Positions 1 to 14,220 of a DNA stretch of 64,000 nucleotides are shown here, piece after piece. Made by a program: the position numbers and the translations under genes. How positions within the stretch are numbered: position 1 is the stretch's first letter; every line of letters begins with the position of its first letter. Source of the stretch: Octopus sinensis (taxonomy: Eukaryota); assembly GCF_006345805.1 (NCBI RefSeq), contig NW_021836136.1, positions 1 to 64,000 of the forward strand. The letters are read 5' to 3'. The notes under the pieces are model-generated. The model was given only the letters and a program-made list of their open reading frames with translations, searched no databases and was not told the origin of the DNA.

Positions 1-269
1 ATCTTTGACAACCATTACACAGTCAACAATTCTGAATTAGCAGATGATAGGATTTCCTATTTTAACAGTTACTCTCAATAAATGCCAAGTTACATTGAGT
101 CTAGAGTCACTTAAATTGCTTTGCAGGAAAACTTGGAATTTTAAGCAAAGAGAAAGATTTCATTGGGATATAAAAACAATAGAAGGGAAATATTAGCTAA
201 GGTGACATACACACTTGCAAATAGATAACTGCTGGAACCTTCAGTACAAGTGTCCTGGTAAATCTCTCT

Positions 270-700
270 TTAAGTCTTTAGCATTCAGATTACTCTGTCA
301 AATGTAATGCTTATTTATTCATTGTTTTGAATTAATCAAGCATTATCACATACTTTTGAGATTTCAATGATGTGATTATGTATTTCAGGATAAAACATAA
401 AACTGGTAGAATATTTGGGCCAGATATATATTTCTTTACTACCCACAAGGGGCTAAACACAGAGGGGACAAATAAGGACAGACAAACGGATTACGTCGAC
501 CCCAGTGCGTAACTGGTACTTAATTTATCGACCCCGAAAGGATGAAAGGCAAAGTCGACCTCGGCGGAATTTGAACTCAGAACGTAACAGCAGACGAAAT
601 ACAGCTACGCATTTAGCCCAGCGTGCTAACGTTTCTGCCAGCTCGCCGCCTTCTAATATATTTGGGCCAGATATATTGGGTTTAAGTGCTAAAGGAGTAA
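270..700. mobile_element. Degenerate TTAA-ended (piggyBac-type) MITE interrupted by a SINE
   Basis: Left end TTAAGTCTTTAGCATT (270-285) and right end AGTGCTAAAGGAGTAA (685-700) are imperfect inverted versions of TTAACCCTTTAGCATT. The superfamily is inferred from the TTAA-CCC type end. Confidence 0.5.
430..657 (-). mobile_element. Young full-length tRNA-derived SINE (family A, MetaSINE/MESC-like central domain)
   Basis: Minus strand: head GGCGGCGAGCTGGCAG...GAGTTCAAATTCC (A/B-box like), then GCCTTTCATCCTTTCGGGGTCGATAAATTAAGTACCAG. Exact 19-bp TSD ATATTTGGGCCAGATATAT at 411-429 and 658-676. Confidence 0.85.
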
Positions 701-805
701 ACAGATATTTGCCAAGGAAATTTCACTGAGGTTCCCCTTATCTTAGAGACATAGTTGCACCAAGTAGACATTATCTTCTATTTCATACACAGACACTTAT
801 ATATA

Positions 806-1000
806 CATGGCTTGATGGTTAAGAAGATAGTTTTACAACTACTTGGTCTGTCTTTGCTCCAACTGTGTTGCACATTTAGCAACTGTTATCTGCAACAAGC
901 TCAGGCTATCCAAAACCTTGTTAGTGGATTTGGTAGATAGAAACTGAAAGAAACTTGTTGGTGTCTCTATGTCTATATGCATTAACACAGGGTGTGTGTG
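806..1000 (+). mobile_element. Degenerate SINE family B copy
   Basis: Contains AGTGGATTTGGTAGATAGAAACTGAAAGAA, shared with the family B copies at 43884 and 59772. Confidence 0.55.
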
Positions 1001-1074
1001 TGTCCTTTTCTTGACACTGCATGACAGTTATAAACAAGCATCATCTTCATATACAGAGTGTCTGTCTTTCCTAA

Positions 1075-1210
1075 TGTGTCCAGCCATGCAGAAACAATAC
1101 CTTGGTTTGAAACAGAATTACATCTGGCTATAAGAATTCTGCCTTGATGACTTCTATCTGGCCCATGCAAGCATGGTAAAGTTAGCATTAAAATAATGGT
1201 GATGATGATT
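1075..1210 (+). mobile_element. Degenerate RTE LINE 3' terminal fragment
   Basis: CCCATGCAAGCATGG...TTAAAATAATGGTGATGATGAT tail matches the RTE 3' ends at 3137-3435 and 28570. Confidence 0.5.
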
Positions 1211-2190
1211 ACGATATAGCTTTGAAGAGATAAAAAAATCTAAGTTACTGGAGATGTAACATAGAGTTCAAAGAAGATAGGGTGGGCAGAAATGTATTTT
1301 TTTTTTGTAATTATTGGATGACCATTAGTTTATTTGTTGCTCACCAGAGTACAGTTTGATACCTTCGGTTCTATGTGATATAGAGAATTTGAGTGTTCGA
1401 TTGTGTTATTTGGTTGTGGGTGTGTTTGCATGTATGTATGTGTTTGTGCACATGTTTGAATGCGTGAGTGTATTTTTTTTATATAATGAAGCAGATGTGG
1501 GGTTGGGGGTTGGAAGCAAATTCTTAAGGGTGTAGTCAAAATATTTGTCAGTGTGTGTGTGTGTGAGTGTTTGTATCTGTGTATATGTATGTAAATGGAA
1601 ATTTAAGGGATGAAAATAGGAAATGAATTTGAAATATACATGACACTGAAGTCAAAATAGCAATAGTTCTCATATTCATGGTCAAGATCATTAAGTTTTG
1701 AATGCATTAGTGAAGTGTGAGTTGAGGTGTGTTAGTGGGCGTGTGACGGTGTGTGTATGTTATTGTACATAGGTAGAATAGCAGTACTGTCTTCAATTAC
1801 AATTTTCAAAGACAGATCTTGTAGAAGGAGTGAGTTGGTGAGAGTGTTTGTGTGTAAGTATAATGTGCATGTGAATTTGTGCGTGCATGCCTAATAAATG
1901 GCTGTCTTTAGATGAAGTTTTCAAAGGAGAGGGTTGTGTGTGTGCAGGAGTAATGGAATGTTGCGGTGTGTTTAATGTGTTTGGATTTGGTGGTTTAATC
2001 TAGGGAGGGACTCTTTTCTTAATTATAGGATATATTTAATTAACTTTGTTAGAGCTAATTATCTTTAATTTGTTGTAAATTGCAAAATTAGGGTTCACAT
2101 CATAGTAGTGTCATAGGGGTGCGATGCTTGGCGAGTAAGGAAGAGAGAGCTAAATGTGGTAAAATGATGGTGGTAGGAATTTTTAAAGTA

Positions 2191-2590
2191 TTGGGTTGTC
2201 CGGAAAGTTCATGCCGAATTTTAAATGAAAGAAAAAGGTCAATAAATACTTGCCATTACATTTTTAATCAACCAAATATGAACCATTTTTTTGCACAATG
2301 CATCTCCATCTTCCCTTTAACTTGAAAATACCCTCTTCCCAGAATTGAGGTGGTTTCATGGCAAAGAATTCATCAAAGTATCTTTTTACGTCATCCAAGG
2401 AATTGAAATTTTTACCATTAAGACTATTCTGCAGAGACCTGAATAAGTGGAAATCCGAAGAAGCAATATCTGGTGAATATGGAGTGTGAGGTAACACATC
2501 CCAGCCAAGCTGCAGCAATTTTTGTCAGGTTCCCAAAGCATCAAGTGCCGAAAATGAACTTTCTTATCTTCCATTGTAAAAGGTTACAGA
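2191..2590 (-). mobile_element. Mariner transposon 3' fragment (transposase C-terminus plus one TIR)
   Basis: ORF 2264-2518 reads WDVLPHTPYSPDIASSDFHLFRSLQN, the mariner YSPDLAPSD motif. TA (2189-2190) is followed by a TIR-like TTGGGTTGTCCGGAAAGTTC. No second TIR found. Confidence 0.85.
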
Positions 2591-3136
2591 ATTAACACAG
2601 GTAATAGGAACATAAATCTTCTTCCACGAAAAGATAGCTTAAACTGTGCTCTAAATGGAGGTGTAGTCAAATCCTATTTTATGAACTCAACCACGTTCTA
2701 AAATAAGTCGAAATTTAAGCTACTAAAAATTGGCACACACATATATACATAGATAGACACACACACAAACAAACTCCTGCATACATACACAGTTATATAC
2801 ATACATTTACATATATGCATATATATATATATTCATACACACATGCATGTGCAAATGTATATGAAACAATATAGATAGACTTGAATAGGTAAGAAAATAG
2901 AAACTCGCACTTAAATATTATTCATATACAAGGGTGTGTGGGTGTACATGCATGCACTTGCACATGTGTGTACACACATACACACTCACATGTAACTGTG
3001 CAGAGGTGCAGACTTGGTTGTGTGAAAGTAAAGGCATATAAGAGACTGAATAATACATTTACTGATATCATGGAATGCTTGCTGTGTTGTAAACAATTCA
3101 GTGAACACAGTTGAAACAGTATCATATCAATGTATA

Positions 3137-3435
3137 TAAAAAGCACCATCCGATCGTGGCCGTTTGCCAGCCTCGCCTCGCCTCCATGCCGGTGGCACGT
3201 AAAAAGCACCATCCGATTGTGGCCGTTTGCCAGCCTGGTCCGACACCTGTGCCAGTGGCACGTAAAAAGCACCCACTACACTAAATGGAGTGGTTGGCAT
3301 TAGGAAGGGCATCCAGTCATAGAAACATTGCCAGATCAGACTGGGCCTGGTGCAGCCTTCTGGCTTCCCAGACCCCAGTTGCACCGTCCAACCCATGCCA
3401 GCATGGAAAACGGACGGTAAACGATGATGATGATA
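3137..3435 (+). mobile_element. 5'-truncated RTE LINE (3' UTR only) with 63-bp tandem units and (GAT)n tail
   Basis: GTGGCACGTAAAAAGCACCCACTACACT and GGTTGGCATTAGGAAGGGCATCC motifs match the UTR attached to the RT-bearing copy at 28570-29883. Units start at 3137, 3200 and 3263. Confidence 0.75.
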
Positions 3436-4995
3436 TATATATATTGAAGCAAAATGAACATCATTGCAGCAACAATTTGTGGGAATGCTCAATGTAACTC
3501 ACCCTTGTTGAAGCTTGACAAAACCACAACGGCATACTTTTCTAAGGTGTATGTACATTCAGCATGATACATATGCTAATTTAATGTTTCAATTACCTTC
3601 ATCTCATTATCTATCTAACCTACATATAGGTAGGCATCTAGAGACATAATGAAGTAGGCAGTTATAGGCATTTGGATAAAGTAAGTGGAGATAAGTGAGA
3701 ATAGCTGTAGATATATGCACCAATGTAAGAATAAGTGATCAGGTATGGCAGATTTAGAAATAATATAGAACATGTAATGCATAAGTGTATGCATACACAT
3801 GTAGGATATTTGCTTCAGTATGAGTTCTGTGTAGGAAAACAAGGACAATCCTAATGTAAGGAGTAGCAGACAGTGTGCATTGTTTATGTTAGAGGATGTC
3901 AACATAAAACAGAGGGGTTGTGTATGTACATACATGAGGAAATGAGTATAAATGAAATATAGAAGGCTTAATGCTGCTGCCATATAATCCGTTGTGTGTG
4001 AGTACCATTGTATATGATGGGGTATAAAACACTTATATACAGGGTTGAATTAATAACAATATTGGTAGTGATTTGATGTATAGGTTCATTGTTGCTATCT
4101 TTACCCTGACATTCAGATACAAAACAGCACAAACAAAAATTTACACACACATCCATATATCCCATCCATTGGTCTTGCAGATGAACTTTATATTTGTTTG
4201 ATCAACTGAACTACATACTCATTTAATTATAGTGTAAATGACCAATTTTTCCACAAGCAGATGTAGCACTTCACACAATAGTAAAAACAGTGTATGACAA
4301 AGTTGTCCATTTCAATTACAAGTATAACTCATCTAGTGATTTTCCATACAGTTTCTTTCTATGCAAATCTTTCTACAAGTCTTAGGTCAATTTAAGGCTG
4401 TGGTAAATGATATTTAACATGCTAGCATGGAAGGTAGATATTAAATGATGATGATGTATCACAGAGTAGGATTGAACCTTTAACTATACAGCAGTGCTTG
4501 CATACATACATAAATGCAATCAACCAGTGTGTAGGATGTGACATTAAAAGGTGTTCTTTAATGCTATTTGTGACAAAGTAATCTAGTTTTTATACATTTT
4601 ATACATTTACACAGAATGCTTGAGTGCTAAACTATAAAGATATCTTTAGAATATAATCTGAAATAACATGCATGAATATTCTTAAACGGACCAACATTCA
4701 TAATAAAATGGTCAAGTTCAAACTAAAATTATGTGGTAGGAAATCAAATTACAGAATATTGAAATAGCTTAACCTGTAACCTGATAGGCACACTAGTATG
4801 CCAGCACTAAGAATAGTAATGCACTAACACACAATCTACCAATCACCCCAAAAGAGTCAGATATACACACTCAGGTTTATCTGTGCAGATACTAACTATA
4901 TAAGACATACACACAGTGGTACATGAACATACACCTTTATACAAGAATAAATATATAATGATGCAGGCTGCTGCATATAAATATACATATACATA

Positions 4996-5149
4996 GGCAC
5001 AGGAGTGGCTGTGTGGTAAGAAAGTTGCTTCTGGGTTCATTCCCACTGCATGGCACCTTGGGCAAGTGTCATTAACTATAGCCTTAGGCTGACCAAAGCC
5101 TTGTGAGTGGATTTGGTAGACAGAAACTGAAAGAAGCCCATTGTATGTA

Positions 5150-5204
<55 letters not shown>

Positions 5205-5598
5205 GGTTAAGTAATTGAGATTCAAGTGAATTCTAAAGAATTCACATGAATATGGTCCTTAACTAGGATGCACCGGAAATCTATATGGTGTTAACCATAC
5301 GACAAGTGGGGTGATTACAAATAGGAAAAAAGCAACAAGAATGGATTAAAATTTCGGTACGAGATTTTAATCCATTCTTGTTGCTTTTTTCCTATTTATA
5401 TATATATATCATCATCATCATCGTTTAACGTCCGTTCTCCATTTGTGTGTATGTGTGTGTTAGTTCCCCCCACCCCATTGTCTGCAAAAGAGACCAACAA
5501 AGTACTAGGCTTACAAATAATAAATCTTGGAGTCGAGTTGTTTGACTATGGGTGGTATTCCAGCATGGCCGCAGTCAAATGACTGAAACGAGTAAGAG
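4996..5598 (+). mobile_element. SINE family B with nested insertions in its central (TG)/(TA) tract
   Basis: Head GGAGTGGCTGTGTGG...GGGTTCATTCCCAC and 3' end CAGCATGGCCGCAGTCAAATGACTGAAAC. Interrupted at 5203-5397 and by a short minus-strand RTE tail at about 5408-5441. Confidence 0.8.
5203..5397 (-). mobile_element. Short insertion ending in a perfect 34-bp inverted repeat (possible Penelope-like terminal fragment)
   Basis: Arms 5319-5352 and 5364-5397 are exact reverse complements, and the insert is flanked by (TA)n on both sides. Family assignment is inference. Confidence 0.45.
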
Positions 5599-7183
5599 TA
5601 TACCTAGATATATAACTTCACAAACTCAAATGTATACTCACATACATAGACTTACCCCCTCCACACACACACACATGTATGTGTCTGTGTGTATACACAT
5701 ATACTGCTCAAATGCATACTCAGCATAATAATACTGTTGCATATGCAGTAATATGCATTTTTTAAGCATTTGTGCTACTTTTAACAACATATAAGTGGAC
5801 ACTATAAGCACAGATATAAAAACAATACTTACACAAATACACACACTTTCCCCTTTTGTTTTCGCTCCTCAATCTACTGTTTGATATTGTATCACTTCTT
5901 TGCCTCATAACCCCACCCGGCCAAGAAAAGCTATATATTAAACATTCACACATGATAGTTACTCATCAGCAAATAATTATAGATAAAATAATATAGACAC
6001 ACACACACACATAAATACAACAGGCTTCCATGAGATCTTGTATAATAAATACTAAATTTCCCTTTAAAGTTATTGGTCAACCAGAGACTACAATGGAAGC
6101 AACTGCTACAGAGCTGTGTGGTGGAATCAAACCTGGAAACACTAGGTTACAAAATGAACTTCTGAACAACACAGCACATGACTATATCAATACCTGTTAT
6201 TTTTTCCAGCTGTGTAATATTCAATTTAAGTGTGACTAAGCTAATACACAGTTACTTGCATAATATATCATACATCTTAGACATTGGCAGCTTTCAGAAT
6301 TGTATTAGAATTGACAATTTTGACATCTGCCCAAAGAAATGATAATCAAACTGAACAGATAGGTGAATATCTACATCCACCAATTTTCTCTTTTTGTTGT
6401 CAGACCCTTCATATGCAGAATGCTTGACACTAGGATTTAAACTTTGTAACAGCTATTGCCATTAATATTAATTGTAGATCTAATGTTATTCACCAAATTT
6501 ATTAGTTATATTCATATCAATATTCATAAATAGTAATGGTAGATTATTTTGAGAGTATATTTACATTTCTACTCAGGCACTCACACCTACATATACATAT
6601 ATTTATATATACATACACAAACGTCTGTGAATGAGTGCATGTGTATGTTTATATACAAGAAAGACTGACAGTTTCACTGAGCAATTTACCATCTTTCTAT
6701 AAAATCTGATTTTCAAGTATTATTTCTTTTAATATGTTTAGTTTAGAAGATTTTATGATTAACTTAAGGTGCAATAATTTTATATTTCCTTGGAGTAGAT
6801 TTAATCACACACCTGCTTTCAACTTTTGCTGCTGTACTGTTCACTGTATAAAAATGGCATTTAATACAGATTCAGGAATAGTAGTTACGTCACATCAATC
6901 TTAAAAGTCACAAGACATAAAATTGTCAGCTCATAACTTATTTCCACAGACAGGATCAAATTTGTTGTTACCATACACATAGAAATATACATGCACACAT
7001 ATACAGAAACTTTCCATGTTTATGTAACCTCAGGCAACAGGATTTGGGGGATATGAGGTCTTATTTTACTCTAGCAGGAACTTAAAGACAACACTATCTT
7101 CTTAACCAAAAGACACTTCACAACATTTTTACTGAGATCAAATTACACTTGACAATTTGAAAAACTACAATCATGATATATAC

Positions 7184-7217
<34 letters not shown>

Positions 7218-7775
7218 ATAGGCATGCAAATGTTTGCATATGCATCACTATAAACTCTCATCGCATGTGCATGGAATTTTTCAAGGTAAATATTTATTTA
7301 TATATACTTGCATCATAATGTCTGTCTGTTTGTGTGCGATATATCAATGTGAGTGTTTTGTTTTCTAAAAAATCAAATGCAATGGTCTTGGCATATTATC
7401 CACATGGCCAATGAGTGTACCACTAAGTAATTGTTTTATGGAGAGCTTATTCAGGAGAAAAGGAAACAGTGTAAAACAAAGAAAAGGTTATTGAAGGAGA
7501 ACTTGGAGAGTTTATCAAAAAACCTGTAAATCTCACAGTGGGTTGCATTCCAGTGTTAAGAAATATGGGATGGAGTAAAAAAGTTTGAGGAAAGATTAAT
7601 ACAGGAGGTCTAAAGAAACTTTTCAAGGTTCCTCAAGATCAGACACCACAGGCAGTTCAAGTTGGGCCAAAACTAGTATACAACTTGTGTGGATGTTTTT
7701 TTAAAAGTATCTGCACAAAGGTAGTGAAGTTTTGTGTTGAGCAGACAACCATCAGTTATCTGTCCGACTCTCTCG

Positions 7776-7818
<43 letters not shown>

Positions 7819-10789
7819 GGCACACCCAATTATTTATATATATATATAGCTTTCACCACCTACATCTATTATAAACACACAAAAAAGACAATGTCTGCAG
7901 CTACATATGTTATATGTTAACTAATGTTGTGTGTGTGTGTGTGTAGGGTGTGGAGATTTTATGGTTCAGGTCAAGGATGAAAGGGGCAAATTGTTCATGA
8001 ACCCGACAACTCTTCAACTAACTGTAACCACAGTACTTCTTCTCACCTAACTCCTTTAGCTTTTCATTTCATTTCCATTCTCACAACAAGTTTTGCTTTC
8101 AACAAACAGTAGTCTTTTTCTGGCCTTATTCTCTTTACTACATATTTGTTTTGGATATTTGTTGATCACAATTGCAGTTGGATTTACCTACACCACCCCT
8201 CACACAGTAGTCAGAGCTACTGTGATTTTAGGACTTATTTATTCCCTAATATTTCTCTTCAACAATTTTTATCTATACATATTGTACTACATATATTTAG
8301 AAAGTGTTATTTTAATACATAAAAGTACTTGTGTTGCTTGTTTTTGTTGTAGCAGTTGTTGCCCTTTTTTTCTAAATTATTAGAACACATTATCACTTTA
8401 CAACATAGAATCAATGGGAATATTAACTTCACATTATGGTAAAAGTTTCAATAACACATTACTACTGTCAGGCAGGTTTGTCTTCTGTATGTATGTGTGT
8501 GTACAGACACACCACAGACTAATACAAATCATTAACCTTATAGCTTGATACCATAAACTTCATGCAAATATATTCACAGCAGTTCAATCAGAGTTTGAAT
8601 AACTGTAAATATATTTGAATGATACCTATGATATAGGACTGCTGATTTCTACTGAAAGGATACTTATCCACCCATACTGTGTTGTGCATTATTTATTCCA
8701 GTTGGGTTTACACTACTCCATCCACATACGAACACATACACACACTCACACAGGCATCACAAATCTTTTTAAACTATTACATAATTCATTTTAGTATACA
8801 ATAATATGCCAGCATATACTTTATTTTAGTCAAGGCCAATTCATTATGCTAAGAGTATTATGCTTGCAACTAACCAAATTTAGTTGATCTGAATTTTAGC
8901 AAAAGAAAGCATTACAGGATAAGTTTAAAACTTTTAATTTTAATTTTATTAGTGAAAGTGATTCATATGATTCATATATCAATAACGAGATCTATATAGA
9001 AAGGAAGAAATCAAAAATTGAAAGGTGTTCAGATATTAAGATATATAATATTAAAATGAAACTTTGTGTGAACACCATTTTGTAGGAATACAATCAATTA
9101 ATGTTACATTAAAGAGGACATTTCCCTAGTATCTATCTTCTCAAGTGATGTGCTTAGAGGCTTTGGTGATCATGACTCTCAATGCCAAAGTCTATAGAGC
9201 CAGAATTTTGTGTCAAAAAGATACAACCACAGTTTCCCATTCTTCTGCCAGTTCAATTATACTTTTCTGCATCACAGATTTTATTCTGGGGGTACAGGAC
9301 TGATTATTTAACTCTTATGTAGGGTAACTGATTCACATGACACCTGGGTATGTCCACACATGTGCGATTGAGTGACACATGTCTAAGAGCTGGTTCCCCT
9401 TCATGACCTGGATGTCTTAGCAACAGGATATTCTTCTGGTACTTAACCCATAACTGAAGCCCTTGAACACTACTGTCACTTGTGGCTAGAGTGGACCTGG
9501 GAGTGATGATGACAAAACAGTATTTCCATACACCCAAAAACTCTCAAGTTGGAAAATCATCAGCGGGTGTACTTTAACACCATCCCCATTAATAGTAATA
9601 AAAGAAAATAGTGTGATAAAACGAGGAACAGTTGACATCAAATGAATATACATTAGTAATTAAAAGAAACTAAGAAGAAAGATATTGGTACCTGTCAAGA
9701 ACAAATGCGGTCAGTATAAACATCAGGTGAAAATGATAGACAGTAAATAATATATGTGAATAGATATTCTTTCCGTAAGCTACAACTTTTATTCCAATAT
9801 GTTAACCTAACAAGAAAAAGTGGGCCTATGAATTCCATGGGTACAAACTGCTTAGTAGGAAGATATAACTGAATAGACATCACAATGCTGGATGAAAAAT
9901 ATGAGCATTATGAAATGTCATACAGAAAGCTAAATTATTGAAAAGACAATATGGTTAACATGAAAATTTTTAAGCAGATGTAAAAGTACAAGGGTGCTTG
10001 AGTGTTAAGTTGTACAATTTTGAAACAAAATTCTATTCTATGTATTAGACAAAAAGAAATTTGCATAGTGAGTATTCCATTTGCTTGACTATAACTATTC
10101 AACAATTCTATCAACTTATTCTACTTTGTGCTAGAATGGAAATGCCATTCAGAATTGCAGCTTAAGCTCCCAAAGTATATGACAAATGTCCAAAATTTAC
10201 AATATATATATATATATATACTGAATGTGTGTCATTGCAAAGAAGGAAAAGTAACAAAAGGAAAACTAAAAACAAATAAAAAATGATTGATTTAATGGTA
10301 TCGTTAATTTAATGTAGGTAAATAAGCAATCTATTTTAGAATGCAAAGATTGGCAGAAGCATTAGCAATAGCAGCAGCAGCAGTGAAGACTTGGGTATAA
10401 ATTCGGAAAAAATAAAAGTAAAGATGGCTAGGAGTTATAGGCGACAGATGTCAAGATCGGTAGCTGTTCTGTTATGAATAGCCAATATCTATTGGTTGCA
10501 AAGGATTAGAGAGAGATAAAACAAAGAACTTGAAGTATTCAGAGGAATGGAATACATTTTAGAAAGATTTCTATACACAGATCTCTAAATATTGTCACAA
10601 AGATTTTGCCAATATATTCAGATTACTTTCTGTTAGTTGTAATATCAGATCAATAGTTTTGCTAGATCACAGTTCAGTTCTTCATTTGCCATCTTCTTTC
10701 CTATTTTCTGGTTATAGAATAGAATAAGTATTCATCATAAAACTAAGAGACACAACAGCTGAATACATTTACAATAAAATACACACACA

Positions 10790-10921
10790 TGTACACACAC
10801 ATTTGTGCACATGTATATACATGTATATATACATACATATAAAAAAATATATACATAAATAAATATGCATATATATGCATATGTGTATATATATATACAC
10901 ACACACATATATACATACATA

Positions 10922-10953
<32 letters not shown>

Positions 10954-10979
10954 CATACATATGCACATACATATGCATA

Positions 10980-11014
<35 letters not shown>

Positions 11015-11080
11015 TATATATATATATATATTATATATATATATATATATATACATACATATGCATATATATATATATAA
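10790..11080. repeat. Compound (TA)n/(TACA)n microsatellite
   Basis: Direct reading. It explains the Y/I/H-rich pseudo-ORFs at 10735-11211. Confidence 0.95.
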
Positions 11081-11823
11081 AACTCCCTTCTGTTACTTTG
11101 AAAACACAACTAGCACAAAGTTTCTACATGGTATCTCAACATGCAGGAAATAGTAGCCAAAATTCAAGTAACATCCTACCACTTTTAACAAAAATAATGA
11201 ACATTAGATAATGTAGTCCAGGGTACACTATACTAACAAAAGAAAATGATAATGAGGTGGTCTGTTGGATCAAGCATGAGTTGAGAGTAGTACTAAATAA
11301 CAATAGCAACAACTATGAAATTGAAATATGTAATTTCTTGAGCCATAAAAATCATCATCCTCATTGTCATTATCTGGTTGAACTTGCTCAAATCCACATA
11401 CCCTTGAACTTCCACCTACCTCTATTCTCTACCACATGTGGCAGTTTCTCTTGGAGGCATCCAGTGTCATTTGCTAACTGACAAACACATGTGTTTGTAG
11501 GGTAATTAGCCTGATTATGATTATGAGGAGGTATCAGACTACCAGTAGCCATGTGTTAACGCTATAGTACACAAAAATGTAGCAGCAGCCAACTCTTGTA
11601 GTACAGTTGTTAGCATTCAATCTGTGACGACTCCCAGCATAGATTCCTCTGTATGACATCTGCAGTGTGTATTGTTCACCATGGCTTCAGAAGTACTCAA
11701 GCATTATAGTGAAACTTGGTATACATAAACTGAGTGGGGATCGACAGATAGACAATGTCCTCCTTCCCACAAAATCTAGGTCTTATGTCTTTTGTAGAAA
11801 AGATTATTATTGCCATTATTACT

Positions 11824-11995
11824 GGTGGTGAGCTGGCAGAGTTGTTACCATGCCAGACAAAATGCTTAGTGGCATTTCTTCTGGCTTTACGATCTGAGTT
11901 CAAATTCTGCCAAGGTTGACTTTGCCTTACATCTTTTGGGGTTGATTAAACAAGTAATGGTTGAGCACTCAGTCTGAAGTAATTGACTAGCCCCT
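11824..11995 (+). mobile_element. Degenerate SINE family A
   Basis: GGTGGTGAGCTGGCAG...GAGTTCAAATTCTGCCAAGGTTGACTTTGCC, homologous to 430-657. Confidence 0.75.
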
Positions 11996-12749
11996 CCAAC
12001 ATTTCAAACCTTTCTGTCAAAATTAGAAAGAATTACTTCTCTTATTAAGTAGAATATATTTAAATCAAAGAGGAAAATAGATGGTTATTACATTTCTTTC
12101 CAAGTATTCTTTTTAATATCTAATTTTAAAAACATAATTTATTGTTAAATGAAACTTTCTTGAACATTATGAAAATATAATATCAGCTAAGTTCTATTTT
12201 TAATAACTTATGCTATATAGATTAATATTTCACTTTACTTTATATTTTCAAGAAAACTTATATTCATTAAAATATTACTTCAAAATGTCTATATTTTCTT
12301 TTACAGATATTAAATTATTAATGTTTAGCATTATTCAAATATCCCTCAGATGACCAATCACCAACATAAAATTGATGTGATGATGATGATGATGACTAAA
12401 TAATATACATTAAGTAATTTACAGAAGTTATATATTAAATGATAGCTGTTTACTTATGAAATTTCCTCATGTTTTTGGCATTTTAAATCAAAATGTTTAA
12501 ATTGCATCAAATTGCAATTAACGACTTTATTGCTTCTAGTAAAATTTACTAAAATTTTCCACATGAATCACAAATTTTACATTTTAAATTTGAAAGAAAT
12601 GGTGCTCAGTAAAGGAAATTAAACTAGAAAATGTTTTCGCAATTATCATTTTAATACTGAAATAAAATTTACATAGTTTTGTACATTTAATTATTTAATT
12701 TGCAATATAGAAGTCAATATTTTCATTTCTTCCTGGAAGTGTAACTATC

Positions 12750-14183
12750 AGCTAAAATATTTAAGAAGAGAACTATGCAATTAGCCAACAATAAAATGAC
12801 ACTTTTTTAAAAAATTCATTTGGTTTTATATTTTCAACTGTATTGAAAGTACAATATTTAGAATGTGTGCCAGTGCCCAGTAATTTCATTATCTGTATAT
12901 TGTATTTATTTGTAAATCCTGAAATTTTGGTTGTGATGTCTGAGGTTTTTTTTTTCTTTTTGTTAACTTTAAAGCAGATTTTATGAAGTGTTTCCATGTT
13001 TCCATTTACAGGTCCCTACACATGAGATATCTTTATATTTTTGTAAGAATGGATTCTTCATTCTGGAGGCCTATCTTTATTTGGTTGCCTTTGACAATTT
13101 CTAGTTGATTAAACATCATTGCTCTGTTTCTGAGTATTGGAAAAAACCTAAGTATAGTTGCGTTGTCATTCTCTGAAACCTTCTCTATCTTCCAGTATAT
13201 GTATGCCCTAACTCTGTCATGTCCTAGATATATTCTTTCTTAGCAAAGAAAAGAAACAATCGAGTTATTTCTTTTCCATATCCACATAATCTTGCACTTT
13301 CTGTATTTTACTTCATTACGTGGCTTTTTAGTGAGAATCCTGTGCAACAATCTTAGTTTAGAGTCCTGTACTTCTCAGGACACTAAGCTTATTTCCATTG
13401 TCTACTTCCATTCTCTTCATTTTTTTTCCAGGTATTTGGCTATGTACAGACTTTGGTGCAACTGTTTTATTATTTTGGCATTTATAGCCATAATAAAACA
13501 AATATAGCTAACATCATGTCAGCTTTTGTTGCACATTGATGACTTGCTTGAAAACAGAAGTAAAATTATTATTATTATTATTTTTTGTTCATACGTTGTG
13601 GTTATTTGTATGTCTTCCATTAATCTTTACTAGGTATTTTTGTAACATTTTAGTGGATAATTCATACCATTTGCATAAGCTCCCCCCCCCCAAGCTCCAT
13701 GTATTCACAATAAATATAATCTTTCTTGTGTCAGATTTTGTATGGTGCATTATAAAGGCGGACATTCTTTTTCTTGTTCCTAGTTGAGCTTGGCTAATTT
13801 ATTTAACTATAATTATTTACTGTAACAGCTAGAGTGCTGATGTCATATATACATACATGGTACCTGTCTGCTCCTTGCAGAGCTTCACCTCTTCTTGTAC
13901 CAATAATTGCTCATCTCTTACATGAGATCTTAAATGACTTTTGAGCCCTGAAAGGCATTCAAAGAGCTAATCACGTATACTGTAGAAATTCTGCATTTCA
14001 GCATGGGCTCCATTTCCACTTGTCTATTATGAATGTTTAAAAGCTTCTCCAATCTCCCACATGACTTGTAGGTTTTCTGAGATATTGCATTGAAACTAGT
14101 CACCCAGAATGAAATTCCACTAGTTCATGTATGCCTTACCTGCTTGGTCACACTGATGTAATATCATACCAGCATGAGATATG

Positions 14184-14220
<37 letters not shown>

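Noticed and set aside
10735-11211. Stack of overlapping 70-96 aa ORFs on both strands
   Set aside because: These are translations of (TA)/(CA) microsatellite (Y/I/H/C/V repeats). The same applies at 20354-20879, 31063-31251 and 63055-63345.
13012-13052. Exon-like segment (TTTACAG...TTT|GTAAGA)
   Set aside because: It lies antisense inside the Dong-like RLE coding remnant (KYKDI on the minus strand).
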